Notes: generated by a model not told the origin, from the sequence alone. Positions 9,414 to 19,822 are shown, numbered from the stretch's first letter. The stretch: 64,000 bases of DNA from a virus (IMGVR_UViG_3300031555_004162:14478-78477); one strand, 5' to 3'. Program-made: numbers and translations.

Positions 9414-9803
9414 TTAAATTTCCTCCTCTTCAATAGATAATATGACTTTACTATCACTATAATTGCCTGATAAACCTAATTGTTTAGATTGATTCAATGA
9501 TATCCATAAATCTTTATGAAAATAATCAAATAATTCATATAGGTCTTTTATTAAATAATGTTTAGATGTTCTAATAGAACACATTAATTCTTCTAATAAA
9601 TCTCTAACATACCATCTACAAGCGTTTTTATCTCCTTCAGCAGTTAAAACTATATTAATATGCTCATCATATTGACGATAATTATATGTAGTTTTTGCAT
9701 CTTTATATAATGATTTATTTACTCTAAATCTTTCTTGTATCTGATTTTCATCAAATGTAAAATCACCGTCTGTGTTAAAATAAGCTTTAAAACATAATTT
9801 CAT
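9414..9803 (-). CDS. hypothetical protein
   Basis: Start trimmed to MKLCFK with GAGAGG upstream. Confidence 0.45.
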   Translation of the reverse strand: MKLCFKAYFNTDGDFTFDENQIQERFRVNKSLYKDAKTTYNYRQYDEHINIVLTAEGDKNACRWYVRDLLEELMCSIRTSKHYLIKDLYELFDYFHKDLWISLNQSKQLGLSGNYSDSKVILSIEEEEI

Positions 9804-9851
9804 ATTTTTACCTCTCAATAATCTTAATAAATTCTTATTTTCAAAACATAC

Positions 9852-10238
9852 TTAAAAATTATCCTTTAATTCTTGTAAAACATCTGCTATATCATCAAAT
9901 TCAACTATTTTTACATAATCATCTTCATCAAAATCAAAATTATGAACATATGATTTTTCTTCCAATTTTGTTTCAATTTCTGAAAGTATTTCTAATTTTG
10001 CATTTTTTATTTCTTCGACAGTTACATCTAATGCTCTTTGCGAATTATATTTATTTGTTTCATAAAGAAATTGAATATTTTCTTTTAATTTATCATTTTC
10101 TTGTTTAAGTTGTTTAATAAAATCAAGCATGTTTTCTATTTTACCTTTTTCTTCATGCAAATGAATTATAGCTTTATCATGATTTTCAAGTATTGTTAAT
10201 AATGATTCTAAAAAAATAATAATTTGATTATAATTCAT
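9852..10238 (-). CDS. hypothetical coiled-coil protein
   Basis: 128-aa ORF, Glu/Lys/Leu-rich. Confidence 0.45.
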   Translation of the reverse strand: MNYNQIIIFLESLLTILENHDKAIIHLHEEKGKIENMLDFIKQLKQENDKLKENIQFLYETNKYNSQRALDVTVEEIKNAKLEILSEIETKLEEKSYVHNFDFDEDDYVKIVEFDDIADVLQELKDNF

Positions 10239-10282
10239 AATTATTCACCTCTTTAATCTTTTTATAAAAACTATTAATATGA

Positions 10283-10585
10283 TCATATTTTTCCAAATAC
10301 TACAAAACAATGAATCCCTTGTTCCCATGCTTTTTTCAACACCTGACTCATATTCATATCGTCAAATTTGCCAACATAAATTGATTTATAATTATCTTCA
10401 GAAAAAGTAGTTACTAATCTTTCTTTATTACCTCCCATATAATCTCCAGTAGGATAATAAAAATTAAATTCATCTTCATCAATTTCTTTTATAATATTTT
10501 CTACTTTAGATATATCTTCTTCTTTTTCTACAAAGATTCTTCCATATCCTTTTCTTGAAAATTTCATTTCCAAATTATCATACAT
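10283..10585 (-). CDS. hypothetical protein
   Basis: 100-aa ORF. Confidence 0.45.
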   Translation of the reverse strand: MYDNLEMKFSRKGYGRIFVEKEEDISKVENIIKEIDEDEFNFYYPTGDYMGGNKERLVTTFSEDNYKSIYVGKFDDMNMSQVLKKAWEQGIHCFVVFGKI

Positions 10586-10594
10586 TAATATACG

Positions 10595-10882
10595 CTACTC
10601 CTTTACATAAAAACTATTAATATAATCATTAAATATCCACTCATAACCTGTAAAACCAATATTTATTTCGTCCTTTTCATCTTTAAAGCGAATAACAGTT
10701 TCATCTGTACTAATATCTATAGATAATATGGTTGGTAACCAAGCTAATAGTAATATTATGTTATTTGTATAACGTATAACATTTTCTACGTCAATGCTTT
10801 TAATACAATTTTCATAAAATTGAGCAGTAGTTACAGCAACTGAATGTTCTTTATTAAATAACACCATGATTATCACCTCCAA
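10595..10882 (-). CDS. hypothetical protein
   Basis: 95-aa ORF. Confidence 0.4.
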   Translation of the reverse strand: MEVIIMVLFNKEHSVAVTTAQFYENCIKSIDVENVIRYTNNIILLLAWLPTILSIDISTDETVIRFKDEKDEINIGFTGYEWIFNDYINSFYVKE

Positions 10883-10896
10883 ATGAAATGTGTATT

Positions 10897-11178
10897 TTAT
10901 TTACGACCAACTGTAAATAGCCAATAGATTAGTAAACAAATTATCTTTATAATTTTATATATCCAATAGCAAATTGCATACGGAATAAATATTATATTTA
11001 GCAATATCGTTATAAAACTAATTCCGAACCAGTTTAAGTTTGTCCATTTATTATAATTTCTAATAGGATTAAATATTGATAAATCAAATCCTATAGAATT
11101 AAGTATTATTGTTTCAATACTCACAATAATACCAATTATAAGTGTAATGCTTTCAGCAATAGACAATATTATCACCAA
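10897..11178 (-). CDS. small membrane protein (2 TM)
   Basis: Two long hydrophobic segments. Confidence 0.45.
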   Translation of the reverse strand: MVIILSIAESITLIIGIIVSIETIILNSIGFDLSIFNPIRNYNKWTNLNWFGISFITILLNIIFIPYAICYWIYKIIKIICLLIYWLFTVGRK

Positions 11179-11202
11179 CTTTCACGATAAAATAAATGTA
11201 TT

Positions 11203-11436
11203 TTATTTACTTGATTTTCCCATTACAATTTCATCAAATAATTCTTGCATACGTTCTATGCTTGGTAAATGGCTTAAATTGTTGCAAACTTTCTCTTTCA
11301 TACAAGAATCCTCTTTTCCTTTTTCATATATACCTCTAAGAATTATTTCAATTTTCTCAGTAGCACGACCATCAGCTTTTGCAATATTTGTACATATATC
11401 AAAAATCTCTTTTGCTGTTTCTTTAAAGTCGATCAT
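11203..11436 (-). CDS. hypothetical small protein
   Basis: 77-aa ORF. Confidence 0.4.
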   Translation of the reverse strand: MIDFKETAKEIFDICTNIAKADGRATEKIEIILRGIYEKGKEDSCMKEKVCNNLSHLPSIERMQELFDEIVMGKSSK

Positions 11437-11482
11437 TGCTATTATTCACCAACTTTCACCATAAAATAAATGTTTTAACTGT

Positions 11483-11863
11483 TTAATCGCAAGCTTTTAG
11501 TTTTAACGTGATATAACTCTCATAATCGCTTGCAGAATGTATCTCTTCAATAGAATATTCTCTTAATTGATTATGAGGAGTTTTAAGCATTATCGTATCT
11601 CCATATGTCTTGTACTGTTTATATTTTTCTGCTAGCACAAACATTTTTTCGTTTTCCAATAATTCTTGTCTGATATAAAAGGAAAAATCACTATCAATAA
11701 TTCTCACTAAATAAGATTTTGTATTCACATTAAATTCGAGTACTTCAATTAGAACTCTCTCTAAATTTAAAGTTATTGTTTTTACAACCTCTAAAGAGTC
11801 CAATCCTATTAATACATCACTGCTATAATATTTAAAATCCATATCAATTCTCCTTTTGGACAA
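11483..11863 (-). CDS. hypothetical protein
   Basis: 126-aa ORF. Confidence 0.45.
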   Translation of the reverse strand: MSKRRIDMDFKYYSSDVLIGLDSLEVVKTITLNLERVLIEVLEFNVNTKSYLVRIIDSDFSFYIRQELLENEKMFVLAEKYKQYKTYGDTIMLKTPHNQLREYSIEEIHSASDYESYITLKLKACD

Positions 11864-11972
11864 ACTATATATGTAATATCTAAATATCTTGCTGCATATT
11901 CATTTCCAAATCTTCAACAATAATATTTAGTTTCTTTCTTTTTCTTCATTTGCACGATCCTCATGTAAAATA

Positions 11973-12161
11973 TTATAATATCAATTCCTTATTTTCTTTA
12001 TTTTTTGCACCGCAATGAACACATTCTGTGGGTTTAGATGAATTTTTATGTTTAATAAATATGAGATGTTTGCATTGAGAACATTTATATGTATATCCAT
12101 ATTCATCTGCATCATCAAATATCCATTCTAATAAGTTAGTCATCATTTTTATTATCTCCAT
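11973..12161 (-). CDS. zinc-ribbon protein
   Basis: CSQCKH...CVHCG. Confidence 0.4.
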   Translation of the reverse strand: MEIIKMMTNLLEWIFDDADEYGYTYKCSQCKHLIFIKHKNSSKPTECVHCGAKNKENKELIL

Positions 12162-12164
12162 TAT

Positions 12165-12527
12165 TTATTCAATTATTAAATTATACACAATACTTGCTAA
12201 AACTTTAGAATCAAATTTATTTTGCACTAATTCTACACAATATTCTTCATTAAGATTTTTATTTTTGTAATTTAAATCTTTACTTACTTTAACTGCTTCA
12301 TGTAAATCTGTATAAAACTTACAGCCGATACAATAACTAATACATTTTAATGTATCTTTAGCTACTAAACAAATAACATATACATTAGTTTCTCCACTCA
12401 TAGCATTTATAAATGTAATTAAATTATTATAATTATTTTCTAATTCTTTAAATGTTAAATTAGATGTGTGATTAATATATTGATTGTGTAAATCTTCTCT
12501 AATTTTTATTTTGTTCACAATACACAC
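12165..12527 (-). CDS. hypothetical protein
   Basis: 120-aa ORF. Confidence 0.45.
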   Translation of the reverse strand: MCIVNKIKIREDLHNQYINHTSNLTFKELENNYNNLITFINAMSGETNVYVICLVAKDTLKCISYCIGCKFYTDLHEAVKVSKDLNYKNKNLNEEYCVELVQNKFDSKVLASIVYNLIIE

Positions 12528-12874
12528 TCCTTTAATCTATGTTCAAATTCATCTAATAAAGCATCGTGAATTTTTATAATAGCACTTTGAGTTTTAATTA
12601 AATCTTTTAATTGTTTTACATTTTCTTTTTGTTCATTTATGATATCTATTTTTGATAAGTACTTTGTAGAAACATTCATTGTTTTTCCACTTTTAAGTAG
12701 ATAATTAAAATAATTATTTCCGCTTTCATCATTCATAACCTGATGAAATTTTACAACTACAACTTCAGATGATAGCTCTTTAATAATTTCAACAATGCAT
12801 AAACTATTATTATTAGAATTGCATGGATAAATGCATACATCTCCTATTTTTAAATTACTGTTCATTTGAAACAT
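12515..12874 (-). CDS. hypothetical protein
   Basis: 119-aa ORF. Confidence 0.45.
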   Translation of the reverse strand: MFQMNSNLKIGDVCIYPCNSNNNSLCIVEIIKELSSEVVVVKFHQVMNDESGNNYFNYLLKSGKTMNVSTKYLSKIDIINEQKENVKQLKDLIKTQSAIIKIHDALLDEFEHRLKECVL

Positions 12875-12933
12875 CCTTTCATTGTAATCACTTTCTATAT
12901 AATTATAATCATTTTAATCACACTTTATTATTT

Positions 12934-13425
12934 TTATTCTTTATAGATAAAATCATTGTTCAATAATAAATCAATATATCCTATAATAGCATCATTTTTT
13001 TCTTCATATCCTCTTTGAAAATCTTCACTTAATAGATTTTTTGCACATCGAATGTATAAATCATTTTCTTGAATAATAATTTCTTTTAATTTATCTGCAA
13101 ACTTTTTTGCACCTTTCAATTCAGCATTTTTTATAGCTAAATCAAAATCAGTTTCAAAAGGTAAAGGATTTAAAATGTCTTCTATTTGTTCAATAATAAT
13201 TTTTTGTTTTTTACATTCTTCATTTAACCTTTTTATCTCTTTTTCTTTCATATCATTATATTCATTCATTAATTCAGAATTCGTATATTGTTTAAATCCA
13301 TTAAGTGCTTCTATAGTTTTTCTAGTAATTGTTTTTGAATCTTTATTTCTATACCCATGTTTTTTCTTTCTTTGTTTAATTTCTAACATTTTTTGATAAG
13401 CTGTTTTATTTTTCATATTAATCAC
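12934..13425 (-). CDS. hypothetical protein (basic N-terminus, coiled coil)
   Basis: 163-aa ORF. Confidence 0.45.
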   Translation of the reverse strand: MINMKNKTAYQKMLEIKQRKKKHGYRNKDSKTITRKTIEALNGFKQYTNSELMNEYNDMKEKEIKRLNEECKKQKIIIEQIEDILNPLPFETDFDLAIKNAELKGAKKFADKLKEIIIQENDLYIRCAKNLLSEDFQRGYEEKNDAIIGYIDLLLNNDFIYKE

Positions 13426-13454
13426 CCCCTCATGACTTTATTTCTGCTCACTGT

Positions 13455-13736
13455 TTACATGATTTGTTTCATATTAGCACCGCAACAACCACAATACCTC
13501 TGCCAATTATCAAAATCCCATATATCTGTTTGCGTCATATTACATTCCGAACAAGTAGCACTACCATCTTTGTGCAATTTCCACTTTCCATATTTTATTT
13601 CATTTGTTTTAATAGCAGGCATATTATCGATATTTTTAATTATATCATCTACAGAACATTTTCCATCATATACTCTTACGCCTTGAATAAACAATTGTTT
13701 TAATTCATCTGCATCTATTATTTTCATTATACTCAC
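13455..13736 (-). CDS. zinc-ribbon protein
   Basis: CSECN...CGCCG. Confidence 0.4.
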   Translation of the reverse strand: MSIMKIIDADELKQLFIQGVRVYDGKCSVDDIIKNIDNMPAIKTNEIKYGKWKLHKDGSATCSECNMTQTDIWDFDNWQRYCGCCGANMKQIM

Positions 13737-13745
13737 TTCCCACTT

Positions 13746-13952
13746 TTATCTATGATACCATGCTTCAGTATTATCGGTAAATCTTATACATACTTTAGTA
13801 GGAATACCTGTAGCATTAGACTTGATAGATTGATATCTAGCATCAACCACACTTTTTATAGTTTTATGACTTGATTCACATTCTTCAGCTTTACGTTTTT
13901 CATTATAATTAGTATTGCATTTTTCACATACATATAACTTCTTTTCTATCAT
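13746..13952 (-). CDS. zinc-ribbon protein
   Basis: CEKCN...CESSH. Confidence 0.4.
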   Translation of the reverse strand: MIEKKLYVCEKCNTNYNEKRKAEECESSHKTIKSVVDARYQSIKSNATGIPTKVCIRFTDNTEAWYHR

Positions 13953-13973
13953 AATGACACATCCTTTTTATAA

Positions 13974-14306
13974 TTATTTTTCTAATCTTGGAATCAAAAT
14001 AAAATCTTCTAATAATTCTTCAATATGCTCATCTGTCCACACAGGTGGTTTAGTATCATCTATGCTATTTTGATACCAATCAGATAAATAGCCTACATCT
14101 TTTTCTATTATTTGATTACTTTCTACACACATTAATTCGACCATTTCCACTTCATGTCTATCTTTAAAATATTTAGTCAATGCATTATAATCATCAATCA
14201 CTTTTTGACATGTTTCTTTATTTTCCCAATATTTAAGAATTGGATTATTAGAACATGTACAAATTTTATTAGTAGTTTTATCTCTTACAGCATATAATTT
14301 TAACAT
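13974..14306 (-). CDS. hypothetical protein
   Basis: 110-aa ORF. Confidence 0.45.
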   Translation of the reverse strand: MLKLYAVRDKTTNKICTCSNNPILKYWENKETCQKVIDDYNALTKYFKDRHEVEMVELMCVESNQIIEKDVGYLSDWYQNSIDDTKPPVWTDEHIEELLEDFILIPRLEK

Positions 14307-14387
14307 AATTTATCATCCTCCATTATACAATAAATTTCACTTTTGATATTTTATTAAACATATTATACATCTATTTAATTTTCAACA

Positions 14388-14735
14388 TTACTGGATTTCA
14401 TCTTGTCTCTCCTTTTGTATTCCATAATTGCAAGAATCATTTTCTAATACAAAAGAATGATGCCTTTCACACCAATATTTATTTATGCCTTTCCATTTTT
14501 CTGACATTTGTAATGCTCGCTTACAATCATTGCACATTATTTTTAATCCTTCAATAATTTGTATAGGTACTACTTCTGCATTAGCACCTCTACTATTTTC
14601 TTCAATCATTGTATTTTCTGCATTTGCTTTTATTCGATATATAGATGCTTGATTATAATATTTACCCCATTTATTTACACCTTTTCCACGAAAATACAAT
14701 CCTGTATTTTTATCTCTTACAACATAATATTGCAT
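14388..14735 (-). CDS. hypothetical protein (Cys/His cluster)
   Basis: CNDCKRAL...CERHH. Confidence 0.45.
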   Translation of the reverse strand: MQYYVVRDKNTGLYFRGKGVNKWGKYYNQASIYRIKANAENTMIEENSRGANAEVVPIQIIEGLKIMCNDCKRALQMSEKWKGINKYWCERHHSFVLENDSCNYGIQKERQDEIQ

Positions 14736-14750
14736 TTAATCAACTACCTT

Positions 14751-15314
14751 CTATAATAAATAATTTAAAGACTTAATTTGTAATTTACAAATAGCTAAAT
14801 CTACATGTTTATTTGTTAATCCTGAATAAAGTCCATTAGAAGTATTTATAAATTCAAATGAATCTACATATGGATGCATGTCTTTCACATCATCATCTAA
14901 AATTACAAAACTTCGAACGATTGTTCTATTTTTATGTAACCACGATTTAATTTCTTTGCCTCTTGCACCTGATTTTAAAGCAGGTGTAATGCCTATTACT
15001 TCAATATTATATTTATTAAGTAAATCAGTAAGTCGTCTTTGGTCTTCATATTGTTCTTCATATGGAAGGTTCCACCAACCATATCTCCAACTACTAGATA
15101 TAACTATCTTAGCATTAGTAGCTTTTACAATTTTAGCTAATCGTTTTACTTTACTCTCATGAATGCCAAAAGGCTTTGTAATACGTTTGTACCAGAGCTC
15201 TAATGGTTTATACTTTATTCTCTTTACAATATTCCAGCCAAGGAGATTCCATTTATTATAACCATTTAATACTCCGTCTATATCTAAAAATATAATGTTA
15301 AATTTTTCTTTCAT
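14751..15314 (-). CDS. HAD-superfamily phosphatase
   Basis: Motif I FLDIDGVL, motif II SSS, a conserved Lys, and motif IV LDDD. Confidence 0.55.
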   Translation of the reverse strand: MKEKFNIIFLDIDGVLNGYNKWNLLGWNIVKRIKYKPLELWYKRITKPFGIHESKVKRLAKIVKATNAKIVISSSWRYGWWNLPYEEQYEDQRRLTDLLNKYNIEVIGITPALKSGARGKEIKSWLHKNRTIVRSFVILDDDVKDMHPYVDSFEFINTSNGLYSGLTNKHVDLAICKLQIKSLNYLL

Positions 15315-15315
15315 A

Positions 15316-15807
15316 TCATTCTCCTAAATTAAAACTATCTAATTCATATTCTAATTCATTTCTTTTAAGTAAATAAATATATTTATTAAGTATTTCATAA
15401 TATGAATCTACAAAGAATGGAGTGATTTTAGATACATCCGCAAGAAAATTATTAGGTGAAGCATTGTCTGCTATAATAGTACACGTCTTGCATAATAAAG
15501 AATTATAGTGTTTACAAACACTACAATGTTTTATCATTTCTACCTTTACAACTTCATCATTATTTGCATTCGTCATTCCATAATGAATTCCTTTAATCGG
15601 CTGTATCGCTAAATAACTTTCATCTTTATCATCAAATCTTATTGGAGAGCAACCTTCAATTTTAATAAATTTACTAATATCATCTTGACAAATTTTTCCA
15701 GTCCATGCACCATTCATTACATAGAAAGTTGTACCTACAGGTAACTTATAAACGTTTGTAACTATTCCTCCATATTTAGGGTCTGGCTTTCCTTCATATT
15801 CTTTCAT
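15316..15807 (-). CDS. hypothetical protein
   Basis: 163-aa ORF with several Cys. Confidence 0.45.
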   Translation of the reverse strand: MKEYEGKPDPKYGGIVTNVYKLPVGTTFYVMNGAWTGKICQDDISKFIKIEGCSPIRFDDKDESYLAIQPIKGIHYGMTNANNDEVVKVEMIKHCSVCKHYNSLLCKTCTIIADNASPNNFLADVSKITPFFVDSYYEILNKYIYLLKRNELEYELDSFNLGE

Positions 15808-15810
15808 AAT

Positions 15811-16326
15811 TTACTCCTCTTTATTTATATTAATGTTTTGTTTAACAATAGGAAAATAACTAGTTTTAGTTTTAAATATTATACAGTTTGCATTACAATC
15901 TATTTTTTTAAATTCTTGTGTAGTCAAACAATAATAACTACGAGCAGAATTTAAATCATCATCAATACGAATATATTTAACATGACTATTATCATCTCGT
16001 AATTCAAAAAATGTACCTATAGGAATATCTCTTACTCTAAATATTTCAGCGTTTGAGCTATAATTAGTTACATCTAAATGAGTCGTATTCTTCATAAACA
16101 TCTCATATAAATCAATTTTTTTGTTTGATTCTTTATATCCTAAAAATCTAAATGCAATTGTAAATGCAGAAAACATCCACCATTCCCAATTATAAATAAA
16201 TATATCATACTTAAAAGATAATATGACATAAAAAACACTCCATAAAATAAAAGCAATTAAATCATATTTATTTTTTTCTAAAAAACTTTTAATATATTTT
16301 TGATACATAATTACTTCACTCCTCAT
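15811..16326 (-). CDS. membrane protein (N-terminal TM helices)
   Basis: Hydrophobic N-terminal third. Confidence 0.45.
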   Translation of the reverse strand: MRSEVIMYQKYIKSFLEKNKYDLIAFILWSVFYVILSFKYDIFIYNWEWWMFSAFTIAFRFLGYKESNKKIDLYEMFMKNTTHLDVTNYSSNAEIFRVRDIPIGTFFELRDDNSHVKYIRIDDDLNSARSYYCLTTQEFKKIDCNANCIIFKTKTSYFPIVKQNININKEE

Positions 16327-16333
16327 GATTTAT

Positions 16334-16594
16334 TTATTCATTTACAAAATCGCCAAGCTCTAAATTAAATTGTACAATTTTCAAATCTTTTGGATCAGGT
16401 AATCTACACAATTTATATGTTTGAGATTTATTATATTTTCTAGTATAATTTTCTAAAGCAGTTTTACACCTTTGTTTACTTTCCCAAAATTTGTGTCCTG
16501 GAGAAGTTAACGTTGTTTCAAACTTAATATCTTTAGTATTTATTATTGCGTACAATTTGGTTGGATATTTAAAAATAATTTCTTTTTCATTCAT
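16334..16594 (-). CDS. hypothetical protein
   Basis: 86-aa ORF. Confidence 0.4.
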   Translation of the reverse strand: MNEKEIIFKYPTKLYAIINTKDIKFETTLTSPGHKFWESKQRCKTALENYTRKYNKSQTYKLCRLPDPKDLKIVQFNLELGDFVNE

Positions 16595-16617
16595 GATATA
16601 TCATCTCCTTTTATAAA

Positions 16618-16818
16618 TTAATCTTCTATACAAAGATACACTCCAGGAATTCCATCAGTTGTTATTTCTATACTATCAGCTCCAATAACACTATGTGCTT
16701 TCCCAAAGTCACCTAAAGATGTAACCATTATTTTCTTTTCTTTATCTTCTACCATTTCTAAGAAATCAATTAATCTTCTTACTGTTAAAACTTTTGAATA
16801 TTTACTCAATATTAGCAC
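16618..16818 (-). CDS. hypothetical small protein
   Basis: 66-aa ORF. Confidence 0.35.
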   Translation of the reverse strand: MLILSKYSKVLTVRRLIDFLEMVEDKEKKIMVTSLGDFGKAHSVIGADSIEITTDGIPGVYLCIED

Positions 16819-17161
16819 TCCTTAATTCATGTTCATATTCATATGTATAGTTTTCAAGTTTAGAATCATAATGTAATTCAAACTCTTCAAGTTCGTATCC
16901 TTTTAATTCTTTTTGTTCTTCTTCTAATCTAAATCTTGCAGCCAACTTAGCTACGCGGTAGATTGATTCAGTGCTTTTACTATTTTCCAAAGCTTCTTTT
17001 AGATAAATATCAAAATGTTCTTTTCTATTTTCATAAATAGGTTCCCATTTTTCATGATAAGATTTTAAACTCATAAAATTATGCGTTTGAAAAATAAATA
17101 TTAATACGATTGCAACAATTAATACCATCAATAATATAACTAAAAATTCAATACCTGTCAT
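16802..17161 (-). CDS. membrane-anchored protein
   Basis: N-terminal TM helix. Confidence 0.45.
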   Translation of the reverse strand: MTGIEFLVILLMVLIVAIVLIFIFQTHNFMSLKSYHEKWEPIYENRKEHFDIYLKEALENSKSTESIYRVAKLAARFRLEEEQKELKGYELEEFELHYDSKLENYTYEYEHELRSANIE

Positions 17162-17173
17162 ATTCTTTACCTC

Positions 17174-17293
17174 TTTACCAAATTAATTCACCTAAAATCC
17201 AACCTAATAAGAAGAATGGAAGTTGTAGTAATATTTGCAAAATTATCCTTATAAAAGTATTCTGTTTATAAAACCAATCATAAAATTTATTCA
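17174..17293 (-). CDS. small membrane peptide (39 aa)
   Basis: ATG preceded by GAGAGG; hydrophobic; below the ORF-track size cut-off. Confidence 0.3.
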
Positions 17294-17299
17294 TATTAA

Positions 17300-17668
17300 T
17301 TACCTCTCAATTATTATTGATGTACCATCAGGTTGTATTTTCAAAATCTCTATTTTGTTTAATTCTAATGAATGATTATATGCATCTCTATACTTATAAT
17401 AATAAGTGTAAATATAAGTAATTTTATTATTAGAATCATATAAAACTTTTTGAGCAGGACTATCACAATCATCACAATGAGGGGTCATTGATTTTTCTAG
17501 TAATCCAACTTCATTTAAATTTACATGTTCGCATGGTCCTATAACTTTTTCTGTTCTTACTATAGAACCTGGAGTAATAGAACATCCAATAATTAATCCA
17601 ATTAACAAACATGCAATTACTATTCCTATAATCCATAACGTTGCAATACCTTTACTTATTCTTATCAT
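17300..17668 (-). CDS. membrane-anchored protein
   Basis: N-terminal TM helix. Confidence 0.45.
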   Translation of the reverse strand: MIRISKGIATLWIIGIVIACLLIGLIIGCSITPGSIVRTEKVIGPCEHVNLNEVGLLEKSMTPHCDDCDSPAQKVLYDSNNKITYIYTYYYKYRDAYNHSLELNKIEILKIQPDGTSIIIER

Positions 17669-17921
17669 TTGTTTTATCCTCCGTGTCTACAATTATCGCT
17701 AATGGACCAACCTCTCCATTGATTGCATTTAGACAAGCTTTGCATTTTCTTCTCAATCTTCTTGTTTCACCATCAACTTTTACACATTCTAAGTTATCAA
17801 GAAAACTTCTAAATAAATTGCAATAATGTTCATTTATAGAATGCCGAGCATATAAACAATCTAAATGTCCTTTATCTGAACAAAATTCACCATCAGGAAT
17901 TTCAACACTTATTGTAGCCAT
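17652..17921 (-). CDS. Cys-rich protein
   Basis: 89-aa ORF with 8 Cys. Confidence 0.4.
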   Translation of the reverse strand: MATISVEIPDGEFCSDKGHLDCLYARHSINEHYCNLFRSFLDNLECVKVDGETRRLRRKCKACLNAINGEVGPLAIIVDTEDKTNDKNK

Positions 17922-17962
17922 AAATTTATATTACCTCCTATTTTATAATCATCTGTTAATGA

Positions 17963-18094
17963 TTATGGTCTATTTCTACGTTTACTAGTTTTTCTTATTT
18001 TTTGTAAACGTTTAAATTTCTTTTTATCTTTCTTTTTATGTTTTTTATCACCATCTCTTATAAATTCATTGTTATGATTTAATATGTAACCCAT
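17963..18094 (-). CDS. very basic 43-aa protein (Lys/Arg-rich)
   Basis: AGGAGG 9 nt upstream of the ATG; sequence MGYILNHNNEFIRDGDKKHKKKDKKKFKRLQKIRKTSKRRNRP. Confidence 0.35.
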   Translation of the reverse strand: MGYILNHNNEFIRDGDKKHKKKDKKKFKRLQKIRKTSKRRNRP

Positions 18095-18292
18095 AATTAT
18101 ATCCTCCTTTCATAATTTTAGCTACTATATAGTATAATAGTTTTAATAAGCGCTTATTATTTGCAAAAAAGAAACATGCCAACTAAATTATTTTAGTCAG
18201 CATGTTTCTAACTCATTAATTATATTAATACAGAAAGGTTATGAAAAAAATTAAAGAAAAATTGTTAATAAGAAGGATGTTATTCTTCTTAT

Positions 18293-18661
18293 TTATATTT
18301 TAATATTCTTATTAATTAAACAAAAATATAATATATCATTCACTTTATAAAAATTATAATCTCTATTTATAGGTGTTACATCAGCTTTAAATGCTATATC
18401 ATACTCATTTATAATTGATTTTAATCGTAAATTGTCTATTGTTAATTGAGCTTTATTATTTTCTATTGATATAATATTACCTATAATTTTATTAGATTTA
18501 ACACTAGTACCATCCAATTCATTATCAAAAGTATCATATAATGGTTTATACCATTTATTATTATATTTTAAAAATGCATCACTCAGTGATTTTTCTTCAT
18601 AAACGCAATTATTCATATAAGGATTTTTATAAGTAATATTAAGTGTTATCAAATCTGTCAT
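18293..18661 (-). CDS. hypothetical protein
   Basis: 122-aa ORF. Confidence 0.45.
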   Translation of the reverse strand: MTDLITLNITYKNPYMNNCVYEEKSLSDAFLKYNNKWYKPLYDTFDNELDGTSVKSNKIIGNIISIENNKAQLTIDNLRLKSIINEYDIAFKADVTPINRDYNFYKVNDILYFCLINKNIKI

Positions 18662-18929
18662 TTATTTCACCTCTTGTCGTATCATTTAAATCAACACCAT
18701 AATATCTTTCACATAAATAAGATGAAGAATAAGTATTATGACATGCTCTAACTTCATACGGAATATTTAAATCAAATTTAGGAGCAAAGCCTTTACTGCC
18801 ATTTGCAAAATAACCTACAAGTTCATCTTCTTTTTTATGTCCTAATCTTTCTAACACTTTAAGAAATGTAATAAATTCATTTACATCCTTTTCATCCATA
18901 GTAACTTTTAACACAAATGATTTTTTCAT
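18639..18929 (-). CDS. hypothetical protein
   Basis: 96-aa ORF. Confidence 0.4.
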   Translation of the reverse strand: MKKSFVLKVTMDEKDVNEFITFLKVLERLGHKKEDELVGYFANGSKGFAPKFDLNIPYEVRACHNTYSSSYLCERYYGVDLNDTTRGEINDRFDNT

Positions 18930-19189
18930 ATCTTATATCCTTTGAATGTATCTTTACTTGATAATTGTACATTAGGTTTCATATTCATATTATTCATTGT
19001 TGATAACAAAATCTCACATAAATCATAATATTCGAATATAATTTTTTCAAATAAATCTATATGTTTTTTATCAGGTATAAAATTACTTCCTATTATTTTA
19101 TTTACACATGTAGTGCATGTATCGCATGAAATATTTTTATTCATGCATATTTCACATGGATCCAAAATATCATTTAGTTGTATTAACAT
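18926..19189 (-). CDS. Cys-rich protein
   Basis: CEIC...CDTCTTC. Confidence 0.4.
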   Translation of the reverse strand: MLIQLNDILDPCEICMNKNISCDTCTTCVNKIIGSNFIPDKKHIDLFEKIIFEYYDLCEILLSTMNNMNMKPNVQLSSKDTFKGYKI

Positions 19190-19519
19190 TTAGTTCTCTC
19201 CTTTATTTTGTTTATCTTTTAACAGCATTGCTAAATATTTTTGTTTCATAACGTTGATATATTCTTCTTTATAATCAGAAATAGAATAAATCTCATTTAT
19301 TAATGAATCAAAATTTAAAAGTGCTGCATAATCTGCAATTTGCTCCAATGATTCATTTTCATCACTTCTATCAATTGCAAATTCTAAAAATTCATCAATT
19401 TCAACATCTGTATTATTTGCATTATGTTTAAAATCATAAGCTATAGCATAATCAAGTAGAAACAATGATCCAATAAATATAATAACAAGAATAACTAATA
19501 AATACTCAAAATTCGTCAT
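19190..19519 (-). CDS. membrane-anchored protein
   Basis: N-terminal TM helix. Confidence 0.45.
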   Translation of the reverse strand: MTNFEYLLVILVIIFIGSLFLLDYAIAYDFKHNANNTDVEIDEFLEFAIDRSDENESLEQIADYAALLNFDSLINEIYSISDYKEEYINVMKQKYLAMLLKDKQNKGEN

Positions 19520-19567
19520 AGTTTATTTTCCTCCAAAGTTGTAAAAATCTTTAATTCATGTTATACG

Positions 19568-19822
19568 TTAAAACTCACCATATAGTCTAGTGATATATAT
19601 TGAATTATGGCTATATACATCTCCGCTTTGAAAAAATTTTAACGTTATATCTCCGATAACTATTGTCAATGGAAATAAATCACTAATATCAACCTTTTCT
19701 ATTCGTGCATGTTCTGTAATTGTTCTAATGTTTTCTCTAATAGCCCATACGGTTTGTTCAGAATATATTTCATCTGTATTCTTTATAAGTTCATTTAACA
19801 TGTTTTCAAATTTCAATCTCAT
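19568..19822 (-). CDS. hypothetical protein
   Basis: 84-aa ORF. Confidence 0.4.
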   Translation of the reverse strand: MRLKFENMLNELIKNTDEIYSEQTVWAIRENIRTITEHARIEKVDISDLFPLTIVIGDITLKFFQSGDVYSHNSIYITRLYGEF

